In this document: piece after piece, positions 38,949 through 48,348 of the stretch
Layout of the letters: the number at the start of each line of letters is the position of its first letter
Numbering within the stretch: the first letter of the stretch is position 1
Assembly: GCA_963422395.1 (NCBI GenBank)
Contig: OY729431.1
Location: forward strand, 928,001 to 992,000
From: Vicinamibacteria bacterium
GTDB lineage: Bacteria; Acidobacteriota; Vicinamibacteria; Marinacidobacterales; Marinacidobacteraceae
Length of the DNA: 64,000 nt
Direction of reading: 5' to 3'
The notes under the pieces: generated by a model
The model's input: only the letters and a program-made list of their open reading frames with translations
Databases searched by the model: none
Told to the model about the DNA's origin: nothing
Position numbers and translations under genes: made by a program

Positions 38949-40364
38949 ATGTTTCGTTTCGTTCCCGCCGCTGCGCTCGTTCTCGCACTTCCGGCCCTGC
39001 CCGCCCTCGCCCAGCCCGGGCAGCAGGGACAGGTGGTGGACCGGCGTCCGTTCCTGAACGGGGTCGAGACCTCGGACGACCCGCGCCGCGTTCCCGCGCC
39101 TCCGGGGGAGCGCGGGCCGGAGGGGACGACGGTCCTCACCGGCGGCTTCGTTTTCGACGGAACGGGCACCGAGTCCCGGGTCGCCGCCCTGGTCCTCGAA
39201 CGGAACCGGATCGCCGCCGTCCTGCCGGAAGGAGCCGCCGGCTGGCCCGAAGGGGAGACCGGCTGGCCCGAGGGCTCTCGGGTGCTCGATGTTTCCGGCC
39301 ACACCGTCCTTCCCGGCCTCATCGACCTCCACACTCATCTCACCTACACCGAGCCGGGGGTGCCGCAGCCGCTCGCCATCGATCCGGCGCACCAGACGCT
39401 GAGGGCGCTCGAGCGCCTCCAGGTCTTCCTCGGTTCGGGAATCACCTCGATCCGCGACACCGGTTCGGCGGGTACGGTTCCCTTCCTCGTCAAGGACTGG
39501 GTGAACCAGAACCGGCTGCCCGGTCCCCGGGTTTTCGCCGCCGGCTCGCTGATCACCGGGACCGGCGGCCACGGGGCGGAGGGGCTCTCGATCCACCACC
39601 CGCTCTACGGCGGGATCGTCGAGGCGTCGGGTCCCGACGAGTTCCGCGACGCGGTGCGCGAGCAGTTCAAGCGCGGCGCCGACCTCATCAAGATCGCCAG
39701 CCACTTCAGCCAGGCGGAGATCGCGGCGGCGGTGGACGAGGCGCACTCGCTCGGTCTCCGGGTCACCGTGGATTCCGAGACCTTCTACACCGGCTGGGCG
39801 GTCGAGGCGGGCGCCGACACCATCGAGCATCCGCTGCCGCGCACCGAGGAAGTGGTAGCGATGATGGCCCGCCGGGGCACCGCCTCGGTGCCCACGATCA
39901 TCACCTACGACTACATCTTCAACGAGCGGGGCAGCTACCACGGCTCGACCTCCCGGCGCTTCGAACTCGACGGCGAGACCAGCCGGGCCATGCTGCGGCA
40001 GCTCCGGGAAGCGGGAGTGCTGATCGGGGTCGGGACCGACCTCATCCTCGAGAACTTCCGCGACCTCCCCCACGCCTACATCTGGGAACTGGAGGCATAT
40101 GTCGAGTGCGGCTTCACCCGCGCCGAGGCGTTGGTCGCCGCTACCCGCGACAGCGCGCGGATCCTCGGCATGGACGACAAGCTGGGCACCCTCGAAGCCG
40201 GCAAGCTGGCCGACATCCTGATCGTCGAAGGCGACCCGCTCGAAGGTCTCGGCGCTCTCGCCAATGTGGCGGAAGTGTTTCGGGACGGCTACTGGGTGGT
40301 CCGAAACGGCATCGTCCAGCACCCCCCGCCGAAGACCCGAACCCGCCCCGGCCCCGGCCGGTGA
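38949..40364 (+). CDS. Secreted amidohydrolase_1 family protein
   Basis: Signal peptide from ATG 38949. PGLIDLHTH, GADLIKI, TIEH, GTD, GKLADIL. Confidence 0.88.
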   Translation: MFRFVPAAALVLALPALPALAQPGQQGQVVDRRPFLNGVETSDDPRRVPAPPGERGPEGTTVLTGGFVFDGTGTESRVAALVLERNRIAAVLPEGAAGWPEGETGWPEGSRVLDVSGHTVLPGLIDLHTHLTYTEPGVPQPLAIDPAHQTLRALERLQVFLGSGITSIRDTGSAGTVPFLVKDWVNQNRLPGPRVFAAGSLITGTGGHGAEGLSIHHPLYGGIVEASGPDEFRDAVREQFKRGADLIKIASHFSQAEIAAAVDEAHSLGLRVTVDSETFYTGWAVEAGADTIEHPLPRTEEVVAMMARRGTASVPTIITYDYIFNERGSYHGSTSRRFELDGETSRAMLRQLREAGVLIGVGTDLILENFRDLPHAYIWELEAYVECGFTRAEALVAATRDSARILGMDDKLGTLEAGKLADILIVEGDPLEGLGALANVAEVFRDGYWVVRNGIVQHPPPKTRTRPGPGR

Positions 40365-40485
40365 ATCCCGGTCGATGAGTCCCGGCCGATGAGCCGGCCG
40401 GCAGCACCGGCGGTGCGGTCTCTGGAGAAACGCCAGCCGGAGCCGCCCGCGAGCGTCGGATGCGGAAAGTCCGCGCAGCTCGGGG

Positions 40486-40577
40486 TTGCGAATCGAATGT
40501 TGAATCGATTGCAAATGGAATTCTGATTCCATTGCGAAAGTCATGTTGATTTCGTTGCAAATCAGCTGTTCCGAATA
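40486..40577. promoter_or_regulatory. AT-rich array of four degenerate 23-bp direct repeats (operator/iteron-like)
   Basis: TTGCRAA(T/A) starts at 40486, 40509, 40532 and 40555 (exact 23-bp period), ending about 20 bp before the ATPase start. Confidence 0.75.
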
Positions 40578-40596
40578 GACTTCCTCTCCGCAACCA

Positions 40597-41859
40597 TTGT
40601 CCAGAGCCAGGGAGTACCTCCCCCGAGTCGCTGACCGGGAACTGAAGGAGCGCTTGTCCGCCGCCGGCGCGGTTCTGTTGGAAGGGCCGCGGGCTAGCGG
40701 CAAGACGGAAACCGGCCGGCGCGCCGCGGCGAGTGAGGTCCTGCTCGATGTGGATCAGACCGCCCGCGAGGCGATCGAAGTGGATCCGCGGCTCGTACTG
40801 GCGGGGGAGACGCCTCGGCTGCTCGACGAGTGGCAGGCCGCGCCCTCCCTCTGGAACCCCATGCGGCGGATGGTGGACGAGCGCCGCGCGCGGGGCCAGT
40901 TCATCCTGACCGGCTCCGCGATGCCGGCCGACGACATCACCCGGCACACCGGAGCGGGCCGAGTCAGCCGCCTTCGGCTGCGCCCGATGTCCCTCCTGGA
41001 ACTCGGGCGTTCCACCGGAGAGGTCTCCCTCCGGGCGCTGCTCGACGGACAGCCGGCGCCTGGGGTGAAGGCCGTGCTGTCCGTGCCCGAACTCGCCGAG
41101 CTGGTGTGCGTGGGCGGGTGGCCGGGATCTCTCGATTCACCCCCCGAGGGGGCGATGCTCGCGAATCGCGATTATCTCGAAGATATCTGCCGCGTGGACC
41201 TGGCGCGGGTGGACGGGGTCCGGCGAGACCCGGAGAGGGTGCGGCGTTTTCTTCGGTCGCTCGCCCGCCAGGTTGCGACCTGCGCCTCGCTCGCGACCAT
41301 CGCCCGCGATATCGCGGGCCCGGACGACACTTTGACCGCGTCCACCACTCGCGCCTACCTCGCGGCGCTCGAACGGGTCATGGTGGTGGAAGACCAGCCG
41401 CCGTGGGGACCCCGGCTGCGCTCTCGGTCGCGGCTGCGGACTTCGCCGAAGCGCCACTTCGTGGATCCCTCGCTCGCGGCGGCGGCGCTCGCTGCGGGCC
41501 CGGAACACCTGGTCGCCGACCTCGCCTGGTTCGGATTCCTCTTCGAGTCCCTGGTCGTCCGTGACCTGCGCGTCTATGCCCAGGCGATGGGCGGCAGTGT
41601 CTATCACTATCGGGACAACACCGGGCTCGAAGTGGACGCGATCGTGGACGCCGGCCCCGGCCGCTGGGGGGCGTTCGAGGTGAAGCTGAGCGCGGGGCGC
41701 GTGGACGAAGCAGCCGCCAACCTTCTCCGGTTCCGGGATCGGGTGGACGACCGCCTCGTCGGGGCGCCGTCCGTCCTCGGCGTGATCGTCGGAAGCGCCT
41801 ACGGGTACATGCGTACCGACGGGGTGGCGGTCATCCCCTGCCAGTCCCTCGGTTGCTAA
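40597..41859 (+). CDS. AAA_14 ATPase with DUF4143 (HTH plus PD-(D/E)xK-like C-terminus)
   Basis: YLPRVAD, GPRASGKT, LLDEWQ, FILTGS, GGWPG, PKRHFVDPSL, GFLFESLV, EVDAIV...AFEVKL. TTG start. Confidence 0.9.
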   Translation: MSRAREYLPRVADRELKERLSAAGAVLLEGPRASGKTETGRRAAASEVLLDVDQTAREAIEVDPRLVLAGETPRLLDEWQAAPSLWNPMRRMVDERRARGQFILTGSAMPADDITRHTGAGRVSRLRLRPMSLLELGRSTGEVSLRALLDGQPAPGVKAVLSVPELAELVCVGGWPGSLDSPPEGAMLANRDYLEDICRVDLARVDGVRRDPERVRRFLRSLARQVATCASLATIARDIAGPDDTLTASTTRAYLAALERVMVVEDQPPWGPRLRSRSRLRTSPKRHFVDPSLAAAALAAGPEHLVADLAWFGFLFESLVVRDLRVYAQAMGGSVYHYRDNTGLEVDAIVDAGPGRWGAFEVKLSAGRVDEAAANLLRFRDRVDDRLVGAPSVLGVIVGSAYGYMRTDGVAVIPCQSLGC

Positions 41860-42254
41860 CTGTGACCTTGCGGTAGGTTGTTCACGCGAGCCCGACCCGG
41901 GGATCGCGACTCCGCCGCGGTCCACCTCGATGCGCCGTTCGGGGAGTGAAGAGAATCGCCCGTCCCCACGATCTCCATCCGACGGCTGGGGCTCGACCGC
42001 GCGCAATTCTCCAAGCGCGGGGAGGGGCGGGGGCCTCTAGCAGCCTGTGGACAAAGTCACACGGCGTCGAGCGGCGATGCCCAGTTCTCCCGGTGGGGGC
42101 CCCGGCTGAACCGCGCCGTTTCACGGCGCTCATCGTTGCGTTTCGGTCGAAATACTCCCGGTATTCCTCCCTCACGCGCCTTGCCAGCCGGGCGCCGCCC
42201 CCACCGGGAGAACTGGACCGCTCTTTGGGCTTGCGCCACTTCATCCACAGGCTG
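41860..42254. mobile_element. Non-autonomous IS1182-related composite element flanked by a CTAA duplication
   Basis: First 26 bp CTGTGACCTTGCGGTAGGTTGTTCAC are identical to 63688..63713. Right end is CCACAGGCTG. CTAA occurs at 41856..41859 and 42255..42258. Confidence 0.7.
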
Positions 42255-42257
42255 CTA
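42038..42257. mobile_element. MITE copy 1 (220 bp)
   Basis: Perfect 14-bp terminal IR TAGCAGCCTGTGGA / TCCACAGGCTGCTA and a perfect 20-bp internal IR (42081..42100 / 42197..42216). Homologous to 62373..62641. Confidence 0.85.
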
Positions 42258-44207
42258 ATCGGCGGCGAGCACTTCTTGCACCGCGCGATGGGCCTCGCGG
42301 ATCGCGGCGTCGGTGTGGGGGCTGCCCGCGGAGTCCGCATTCGCGATCGCGATCCGCCCGAAGGGGCGGCGGGCGGTGACCACCGGGCGCTCGCCGCCCG
42401 CCTCGAAGGCCCATTCGGGTGGGTCGAAGAGCGGGTTGTAAGAGTAGGTGTACCCGTGGGGCCAGCGGTTCACGGTGATCGCGGCGATGTCGCGGCCGGC
42501 GTCGAAGCCGGCGCTCCCCAACATCCGGTCGAGCTGATCGCGGATCCGCTCTTCCACCGCCTCGAAGGTGGTGTGGAGCAGTTCCATCCGGCCGATCCGG
42601 TGCTGTTCGCGCCGGGAGAGTCCGGCTTCGCCGGGGTAGCGATTCATCCGGAGCACGAGCGGCTCGTCCGGCGAGATGGAGGTGCGGTACTCCCCGAGAG
42701 CGAGCTGCGGCGCGAGGGATACGGCGCTGTGGTAGCCCCCCGGGGCGGCGATCGCGGAGACGCCGGCTTCCGGGAAGGCCCGCCAGTTGCGGAGCAGCAC
42801 GCTCGTGTACTGGAGCGGAGACTTCTCGGCCCAGGCGAGCGCGTCTTTCTGCGCCTGCGGCAGTTCGGGGATGAGGAAGGGAACGATGTTGTGCCAGCAG
42901 GCGAGGATCACCCGCTCGGTGCGGACCGCCGATGCCGCTTCGCCGCTCACGAAGTGCACGCGCGCGGGGCCGCCGTTTCCGCCCCCGCCCCGGGGTTCGA
43001 CCCGGATCACCGTCGAGGAGAGCCGGATCCGCACCGGGGCGTCGGGGCGGTCCAGCTTCCGGTAGTCCACCGGGGCCATCACCACATCCTCCATGCTGCT
43101 TCCCGGCACGGCGTCGGGAACGAGCCGTCTCACCAGGAGGCGGGTGATCGTGGCGTTGCCGTCGGGGAAGTAGAGGTCGGGGTCTCCGGCATCCGCCCGC
43201 GTCTGGTTCTCGCGCCCGTGCTGGCCGCCGGGCTCGTCCGAGAGCGCGTCCGGCGGCGTCTCGGGGATCTCCATCCCCGAAAATCCCGGCCAGCCCTCTT
43301 CCCAGGCATAGCGGGCGGGGTAGGCGTCGATGCCGGTGCAGAAGGTGCTCCGGGGCCGGTGGTCGAAGAACCAGACCACTCCGGGGCCGCACTGCACATG
43401 ACGGAGCAGGAAGTCCCGGTAGCTGATGGTGGCGAGGAATGCTTTCTTCTCGGCCGGGGAGAGGTCGGGCAGGTAGTCCGGCTGGTCCTCGGCGTGGAGT
43501 CGGATCAGGTCGCGGCGGACGGCTTCCGGCATCGGCGAATCGGCGAGGAACTCGTGGAGTGGGCGGCTCCCGAGCCCGGCGACCAGGCGGTCCTCGCCGA
43601 AGGTCTCGCGGTCGAAGAACATGCCCCGCCGGAGGCCCAGGTCCCGGTAGGTTCCCGCGACCGGGCGCACGCTCTCGTAGTAGCGCTTCCGATCGATGCC
43701 GAGCTCGCGCAGCAGCCCGCCGGCGATTGCGCCGTACTGCGACGGGGCTTCCACATTCAGGGTTCCGCCGTTCATCAGGTAGGTCCGGCCGTCGAGATGG
43801 AATTCGTTGCGCTTCGCGTGTCCGCCGAAGTCGTCGTGGTTGTCCAGCAGCAGGATGCGGGCGCCGGGGCCGGCCTCCTGCCGGAAGAAGTGGGCGGCGG
43901 CCAGCCCGGAGATCCCGGCGCCCACGACCACGAGGTCGTAGGACTCGCCGGTGTCGGCCGCGGTCCAGGTCCGGCCTTCGCGCGCGAGGGCGTGCGCCGC
44001 CTCGAAGGAGCCCGGGTGCGCCCCGCGCATCCCGGTGCGGAGCGGGGGATAGGGAAGCGCTCCTTCCTTTGCGATCGCCGCGCGGAACTCCGGAACCTCC
44101 TGGCAGCCGAGTGCTGCTCCGGTGAGCGCGATGGAAACGCCGGAAAGGAAATCGCGGCGGCTCACGCCGTCCGCCGGGGCGTCGTGTTTCGGATGGATCG
44201 GGGCCAT
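42255..44207 (-). CDS. Tat-exported FAD-dependent oxidoreductase, spermidine dehydrogenase (SpdH)-like
   Basis: SRRDFL Tat motif, YPPLRTGMRGAHPGSFEAAH, GAGISG, DNHDDFGGHAKRNEF, ITVNRWPHGY. Confidence 0.85.
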   Translation of the reverse strand: MAPIHPKHDAPADGVSRRDFLSGVSIALTGAALGCQEVPEFRAAIAKEGALPYPPLRTGMRGAHPGSFEAAHALAREGRTWTAADTGESYDLVVVGAGISGLAAAHFFRQEAGPGARILLLDNHDDFGGHAKRNEFHLDGRTYLMNGGTLNVEAPSQYGAIAGGLLRELGIDRKRYYESVRPVAGTYRDLGLRRGMFFDRETFGEDRLVAGLGSRPLHEFLADSPMPEAVRRDLIRLHAEDQPDYLPDLSPAEKKAFLATISYRDFLLRHVQCGPGVVWFFDHRPRSTFCTGIDAYPARYAWEEGWPGFSGMEIPETPPDALSDEPGGQHGRENQTRADAGDPDLYFPDGNATITRLLVRRLVPDAVPGSSMEDVVMAPVDYRKLDRPDAPVRIRLSSTVIRVEPRGGGGNGGPARVHFVSGEAASAVRTERVILACWHNIVPFLIPELPQAQKDALAWAEKSPLQYTSVLLRNWRAFPEAGVSAIAAPGGYHSAVSLAPQLALGEYRTSISPDEPLVLRMNRYPGEAGLSRREQHRIGRMELLHTTFEAVEERIRDQLDRMLGSAGFDAGRDIAAITVNRWPHGYTYSYNPLFDPPEWAFEAGGERPVVTARRPFGRIAIANADSAGSPHTDAAIREAHRAVQEVLAAD

Positions 44208-44276
44208 GGCGCAGACTCCTGGGGTGTGGCGGACGGCGGTCGCTTGTACCACACTCCCGCTGGGGTAGACGGCTCG

Positions 44277-44678
44277 ATGGGGAAGGACGGCTCGACAGAG
44301 AAGGACGACTTCGCCGGGGCCACCGGCAAGTTCGCCCGGGTCCAGGCGCTGGTCTGCAGGATTCCGCCCGGCCGGGTGAGCACCTACGGCCGGCTCGCGC
44401 GCGCGGTCACCGCCGCCGGCTATCCGCTCTCGGCGCGCGCGGCGGGCTGGGCGCTTCGGCATTGTTCGCCCGAGGTTCCCTGGCACCGGGTGGTGAACGC
44501 CGCGGGAGAGCTCTCGGCGGAAATCCGGGGGAGCTGTCCGCTCGGGTGGCAGCGGGCGCTGCTCGAACGCGAGGGAGCGCCGTTCGACGCCGCCGGCCGC
44601 GTGCAGCTCGACCGCTGTCTGTGGGAGCCTTCGGAAACCGACGCCTTCCTCTTTCCGCAGGCGGCGGAGAATCCGTGA
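44277..44678 (+). CDS. Alkyltransferase-like protein (ATL/YbaZ-type, MGMT family)
   Basis: IPPGRVSTYG, PWHRVVN (Trp in place of the catalytic Cys), QRALLEREG. Confidence 0.85.
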   Translation: MGKDGSTEKDDFAGATGKFARVQALVCRIPPGRVSTYGRLARAVTAAGYPLSARAAGWALRHCSPEVPWHRVVNAAGELSAEIRGSCPLGWQRALLEREGAPFDAAGRVQLDRCLWEPSETDAFLFPQAAENP

Positions 44679-45442
44679 TGTACCGGGGTTCGAGGGTCGG
44701 CGTCGTCGTCCCGGCGCGGGACGAAGAGCCGAACATCGGTGCGGTGGTGGAGGAGCTGCTCCAGCTCCGGGGTGACGGCGGCGGGCGGCTGGTGGACGAT
44801 TTCGTGGTGTGCGACAACGGATCTCGCGACGGCACCGGGGACCGGGCAGAGAAGGCGGGGGCGCGCGTGGTGTTCGAGTCGGAACCCGGCTACGGCGCCG
44901 CCTGTCTGAAGGCGGTCTCGGCGCTCGCGCCGGTGGATGTGGTGCTCTTCACCGACGGCGATGGATCGTTCCGGGCCGCGCAATCCATCCGTCTGTTCGA
45001 CGCGATCGCCGCCGGAGCAGATCTCGCCGTGGGGTCCCGTGCGCTGGGGACCTCCGAGCCGGGGGCGCTCTCCTGGCCGCAGCGGGCCGGAAACCGAGTG
45101 GCCGCCCTGCTGATTCGAGGCCTCTGGCGGCGAGTCGTGACCGATCTCGGCCCCTACCGCGCCATCCGCTCCGACGCGCTGCAACGCCTCGGAATGCGCA
45201 ACCGGGCCTACGGATGGACCGTCGAGATGCAGATCCTGGCGATCCGGCACCGCCTTCGGCTGGTAGAGGCGCCGGTGGACACCCGCAGGCGCCGCCGCGG
45301 CCGGTCGAAAGTGGGAGGAACGGTTCGCGGCGTGATCGGCGCGAGTCTCGGGATCCTGGGTACCATCGCCCGGCTTCGGATTCGGAAAAGCTGCCCTGGA
45401 CTCGGGCGTGCTGGTCGGGAGCGAGGAGGCGGCGAACGATGA
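44678..45442 (+). CDS. Glycosyltransferase family 2
   Basis: VVVPARDEE, DNGSRDGT, GYGAAC, FTDGDGS, TDLGPYRAIR, GWTVEMQ. TGATG overlap with the ATL gene. Confidence 0.9.
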   Translation: MYRGSRVGVVVPARDEEPNIGAVVEELLQLRGDGGGRLVDDFVVCDNGSRDGTGDRAEKAGARVVFESEPGYGAACLKAVSALAPVDVVLFTDGDGSFRAAQSIRLFDAIAAGADLAVGSRALGTSEPGALSWPQRAGNRVAALLIRGLWRRVVTDLGPYRAIRSDALQRLGMRNRAYGWTVEMQILAIRHRLRLVEAPVDTRRRRRGRSKVGGTVRGVIGASLGILGTIARLRIRKSCPGLGRAGRERGGGER

Positions 45443-46275
45443 CCGGCAACCCGTCCCTCCGGTGCGCCGTCTTCTGGTTCTGGGCGCTCGCCGGGATCTC
45501 CTGCGTTGCACCGCGGCCGGCCGCGGATCTTTTCTGGGCGGCGTACGACGAGGGAAATCCGGATTCGATGGACCACGCCGCCTGGCAGGCGATCCTCGAC
45601 GGCTACTTGCGCACCGAAGACCCCTCCGGCATCCACCGGTTCGACTACGCGGCGCTCCTGGCGAACGCCGCGGACCGCGAGCGGCTGGTGTCGTATCTGG
45701 CCTACCTCCAGGAACGAGATCCCCGACGCTACTCCCGGGGCGAACAGATGGCGTACTGGATCAACCTCTACAACGCCCTCACGATCGAGATCGTGCTCGG
45801 CAGCTACCCGGTGGAGTCCATCCGGCACATCCACGAGGGCATCGTGCCCCTCGCGGGTCCCTGGGACGATGTCCACGCGCGGGTGGCGGGGCAGGAGCTG
45901 ACGCTGAACGACATCGAGCACGGCGTCCTGCGCGCTCTCTGGCGGGACCCCCGCATCCACTACGCGGTGAATTGTGCAAGCCTCGGCTGCCCCAACCTGG
46001 CCTCCCGGGCTTTCACGGCGGAAAACCTCGAAGCGCTGCTCGAAGCGGGGGCGAGGATGTACATCAACCATCCCCGCGGGGTGGAAGTGCGGGACGAGTC
46101 CGATGCGGTGGTTTCGAGCCTCTACGACTGGTTCCGCGAGGATTTCGGCGAGACCGAGGCCGACGTGGTAGCCCACTTGCTCCGCTATGCGGAACCGGAA
46201 CTCGCGGTGGAACTCGAAGGCTTCGACGGCGAATTGAGTTATGCGTACGACTGGCGCCTCAACGCTCCCCGGTAA
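45439..46275 (+). CDS. DUF547 lipoprotein
   Basis: AYWINLYNALT, LNDIEH, DPRIHYAVNCASLGCP, YDWRLN. Lipobox GISC. Confidence 0.9.
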   Translation: MTGNPSLRCAVFWFWALAGISCVAPRPAADLFWAAYDEGNPDSMDHAAWQAILDGYLRTEDPSGIHRFDYAALLANAADRERLVSYLAYLQERDPRRYSRGEQMAYWINLYNALTIEIVLGSYPVESIRHIHEGIVPLAGPWDDVHARVAGQELTLNDIEHGVLRALWRDPRIHYAVNCASLGCPNLASRAFTAENLEALLEAGARMYINHPRGVEVRDESDAVVSSLYDWFREDFGETEADVVAHLLRYAEPELAVELEGFDGELSYAYDWRLNAPR

Positions 46276-46357
46276 CGGCGCGGACGCGCCTCGCCCCCGG
46301 GGGGAATCTCCGGCCGAACCTCGAAATCGGGTTTTCCCGGGGAATCGGGATTCTCCG

Positions 46358-47017
46358 GTGCATCGCTGGGATGTTTCTCCGGGGGAAGCGGCCGCCATCC
46401 AGCGCGAGCTCGCCGGACGGGTCTCCTCGAGCGCGCCCGCCGGGTTCGATCCCGCGGTGGTCGTCGGGCTCGATGCCGCTTTCCCGCGGGGCGGCCGGGA
46501 TTGCGTCGCCGCCGCTGTCGCCTGGAATGTCGGGGAGCGCCGGGTGCTCGAGGAGCGCGTGGTCCGCCGGCCGCTCTCCTTCCCCTATGTTCCCGGACTC
46601 CTCTCCTTTCGAGAGGCACCGGCGGTGCTGGCCGCTTTTTTCGAGCTGACCACGAGAGTCGAAGCACTCCTCTGCGACGGACACGGGCTCGCCCACCCGC
46701 GCCGCTTCGGCCTGGCCTGCCACCTCGGGGTACTCACCGGGATCCCGGCGGTGGGATGCGCCAAGAGTGTTCTGGTGGGGGAGTACGACGAGCCGGGTCC
46801 CGCGCACGGTGCCAGAACGGCCCTCACGCACCGCGGCGAGCGGGTCGGCACGGCGCTCCGCACCCGCGACCGAGTGCGGCCGGTGTTCGTCAGCGTCGGC
46901 CATCTCCTGGACCTCACGGCCGCCGAGCGCCTCGTGCTCGGCTGCGCCATCGGTTTTCGTCTTCCGGAACCCGTCCGCCGCGCCGACGCGCTCGTGAGCC
47001 GGGCCCGGCAATTCTGA
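46358..47017 (+). CDS. nfi: Endonuclease V
   Basis: HRWDVSP, FPYVPGLLSFRE, DGHGLAHPRRFGLACH, GCAKS, PVFVSVGH, RLPEP. Start uncertain. Confidence 0.93.
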   Translation: MHRWDVSPGEAAAIQRELAGRVSSSAPAGFDPAVVVGLDAAFPRGGRDCVAAAVAWNVGERRVLEERVVRRPLSFPYVPGLLSFREAPAVLAAFFELTTRVEALLCDGHGLAHPRRFGLACHLGVLTGIPAVGCAKSVLVGEYDEPGPAHGARTALTHRGERVGTALRTRDRVRPVFVSVGHLLDLTAAERLVLGCAIGFRLPEPVRRADALVSRARQF

Positions 47018-47054
47018 TCTCCGCTCGTCCGTCCCCTTCCGGGGGCGCGGCGAA

Positions 47055-48218
47055 TCAGGAGTAGAGCAGCGAGGACGCCCGCAGCCGGTCGAAACCGCCC
47101 CGCGCCGCCTCGCCGGCGTCGGCGAGGTCCGCGGCGGTGCGGCCCGCCTCGATGCCCTCGCGTAGCTCGGGGCTCCCGGCGAGGATGTCGATCGGGAGCC
47201 GTTCTCTCTCGTATTCGTAGGGCGGGGGCCGCCAGCGGAATTCGTCGGGCCAAAGACGGTGCAAGTGGTGCAGGATCGCGATTCCCGTCCGCCAGGGCAG
47301 GTAGGCGCGGCGGTCCGTCACATGCTGCATGACCCCGCCGCATTCCTCGCCGGCGAACTTGTGGAAGGTGGGCCGGAACCGTACCGGACGGAAGCGGACT
47401 CCGGGGAGCTCCTCCTCTCGGAGCGCGGCAGCGAGGCGGCTTCCCCCGACCCAGGGGGCGCCGCAGAGCTCGAAAGGGCGCGTGGTGCCCCTCCCTTCGG
47501 AGAGGTTCGTCCCTTCGAGGAGACAGGCGCCCGGATAGACGGCGGCGGTGTCCAGGGTCGGCATGTTCGGGGACGGCGGCACGAAAGCCAGCCCGGTCTC
47601 GTCGAGCCACTGCTCCCGCCGCCAGCCCTGGCAGCCGAGGATCACCAGGTCGGCACCGATCCGGTGGCGGCGGTTCAGGAAACCGGCGATCTCGCCGGCG
47701 GTCATTCCGTGCCGATTCGGCAGCGGATAGAGGCCCACGAAGGAGCGGTGGTCGTCCCGGATCAGGTTGCCCTCGACGGCGCCGCCGATCGGGTTGGGGC
47801 GGTCGAGCACCACGATGCGCTTCCCGTGCTCGGCGGCCGCCTCCATCGCATGGGCCATCGTCCAGACATAGGTGTAGTAGCGCGCCCCGATGTCCTGGAT
47901 GTCGAAGACGAGCGCATCCAGCCCTTCGAGCATCGCCGCCGTCGGGCGCCGGACGGGGCCGTAGAGGCTGAACCGGGGGACTTCGTCCGCCCCGTCGGGA
48001 ATCTCCACCAGGTCCTGCTCCACCGCGTCGAAGCCGTGCTCGGGTGCGAAGAGCGCCGCCAGCCGAACCCCGGGAAGGCCGGCGACGACCTCCCGCGCGT
48101 GGCGAAAGCCGGTGTCCACCGAGGAGGGGTTCGCGATCAGCCCGACCCGAAGCCCCGAAAGCAGCTCTCCGGCCTCCGGCAGCCGATCGAGCCCAGTGCG
48201 CACTCGCTGTCTGCTCAT
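47055..48218 (-). CDS. DUF1343 exo-beta-N-acetylmuramidase (NamZ-like)
   Basis: LFAPEHG, FDIQDIGARYYTY, LDRPNP, RHGMTAGE, PSPNMP, SEGRGTTRPF. Confidence 0.9.
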   Translation of the reverse strand: MSRQRVRTGLDRLPEAGELLSGLRVGLIANPSSVDTGFRHAREVVAGLPGVRLAALFAPEHGFDAVEQDLVEIPDGADEVPRFSLYGPVRRPTAAMLEGLDALVFDIQDIGARYYTYVWTMAHAMEAAAEHGKRIVVLDRPNPIGGAVEGNLIRDDHRSFVGLYPLPNRHGMTAGEIAGFLNRRHRIGADLVILGCQGWRREQWLDETGLAFVPPSPNMPTLDTAAVYPGACLLEGTNLSEGRGTTRPFELCGAPWVGGSRLAAALREEELPGVRFRPVRFRPTFHKFAGEECGGVMQHVTDRRAYLPWRTGIAILHHLHRLWPDEFRWRPPPYEYERERLPIDILAGSPELREGIEAGRTAADLADAGEAARGGFDRLRASSLLYS

Positions 48219-48348
48219 GGCGGAAAGACTACGGATTCGGACCGCTCCCGGTTCGGGGCCATCCGGTCGGCCGGCTTCTCCGCCGATGGGATACTTCGGC
48301 GTCTGGCGGCGCTGTCGCCGAGCCCGCCTGCCAGGGAGGTCTGCCCCG

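Noticed and set aside
39225-39275. In-frame 21-bp repeat encoding PEGAAGW-PEGETGW-PEGS
   Set aside because: A short local slippage duplication in a likely loop, with no sign of wider significance.
40486-40577. Possible mini-CRISPR
   Set aside because: The period is only 23 bp, with no repeat-spacer structure and no cas genes. Kept as an operator-like array.
44277-44678. Active O6-methylguanine methyltransferase (ogt)
   Set aside because: PWHRV rather than PCHRV indicates a non-catalytic ATL protein.
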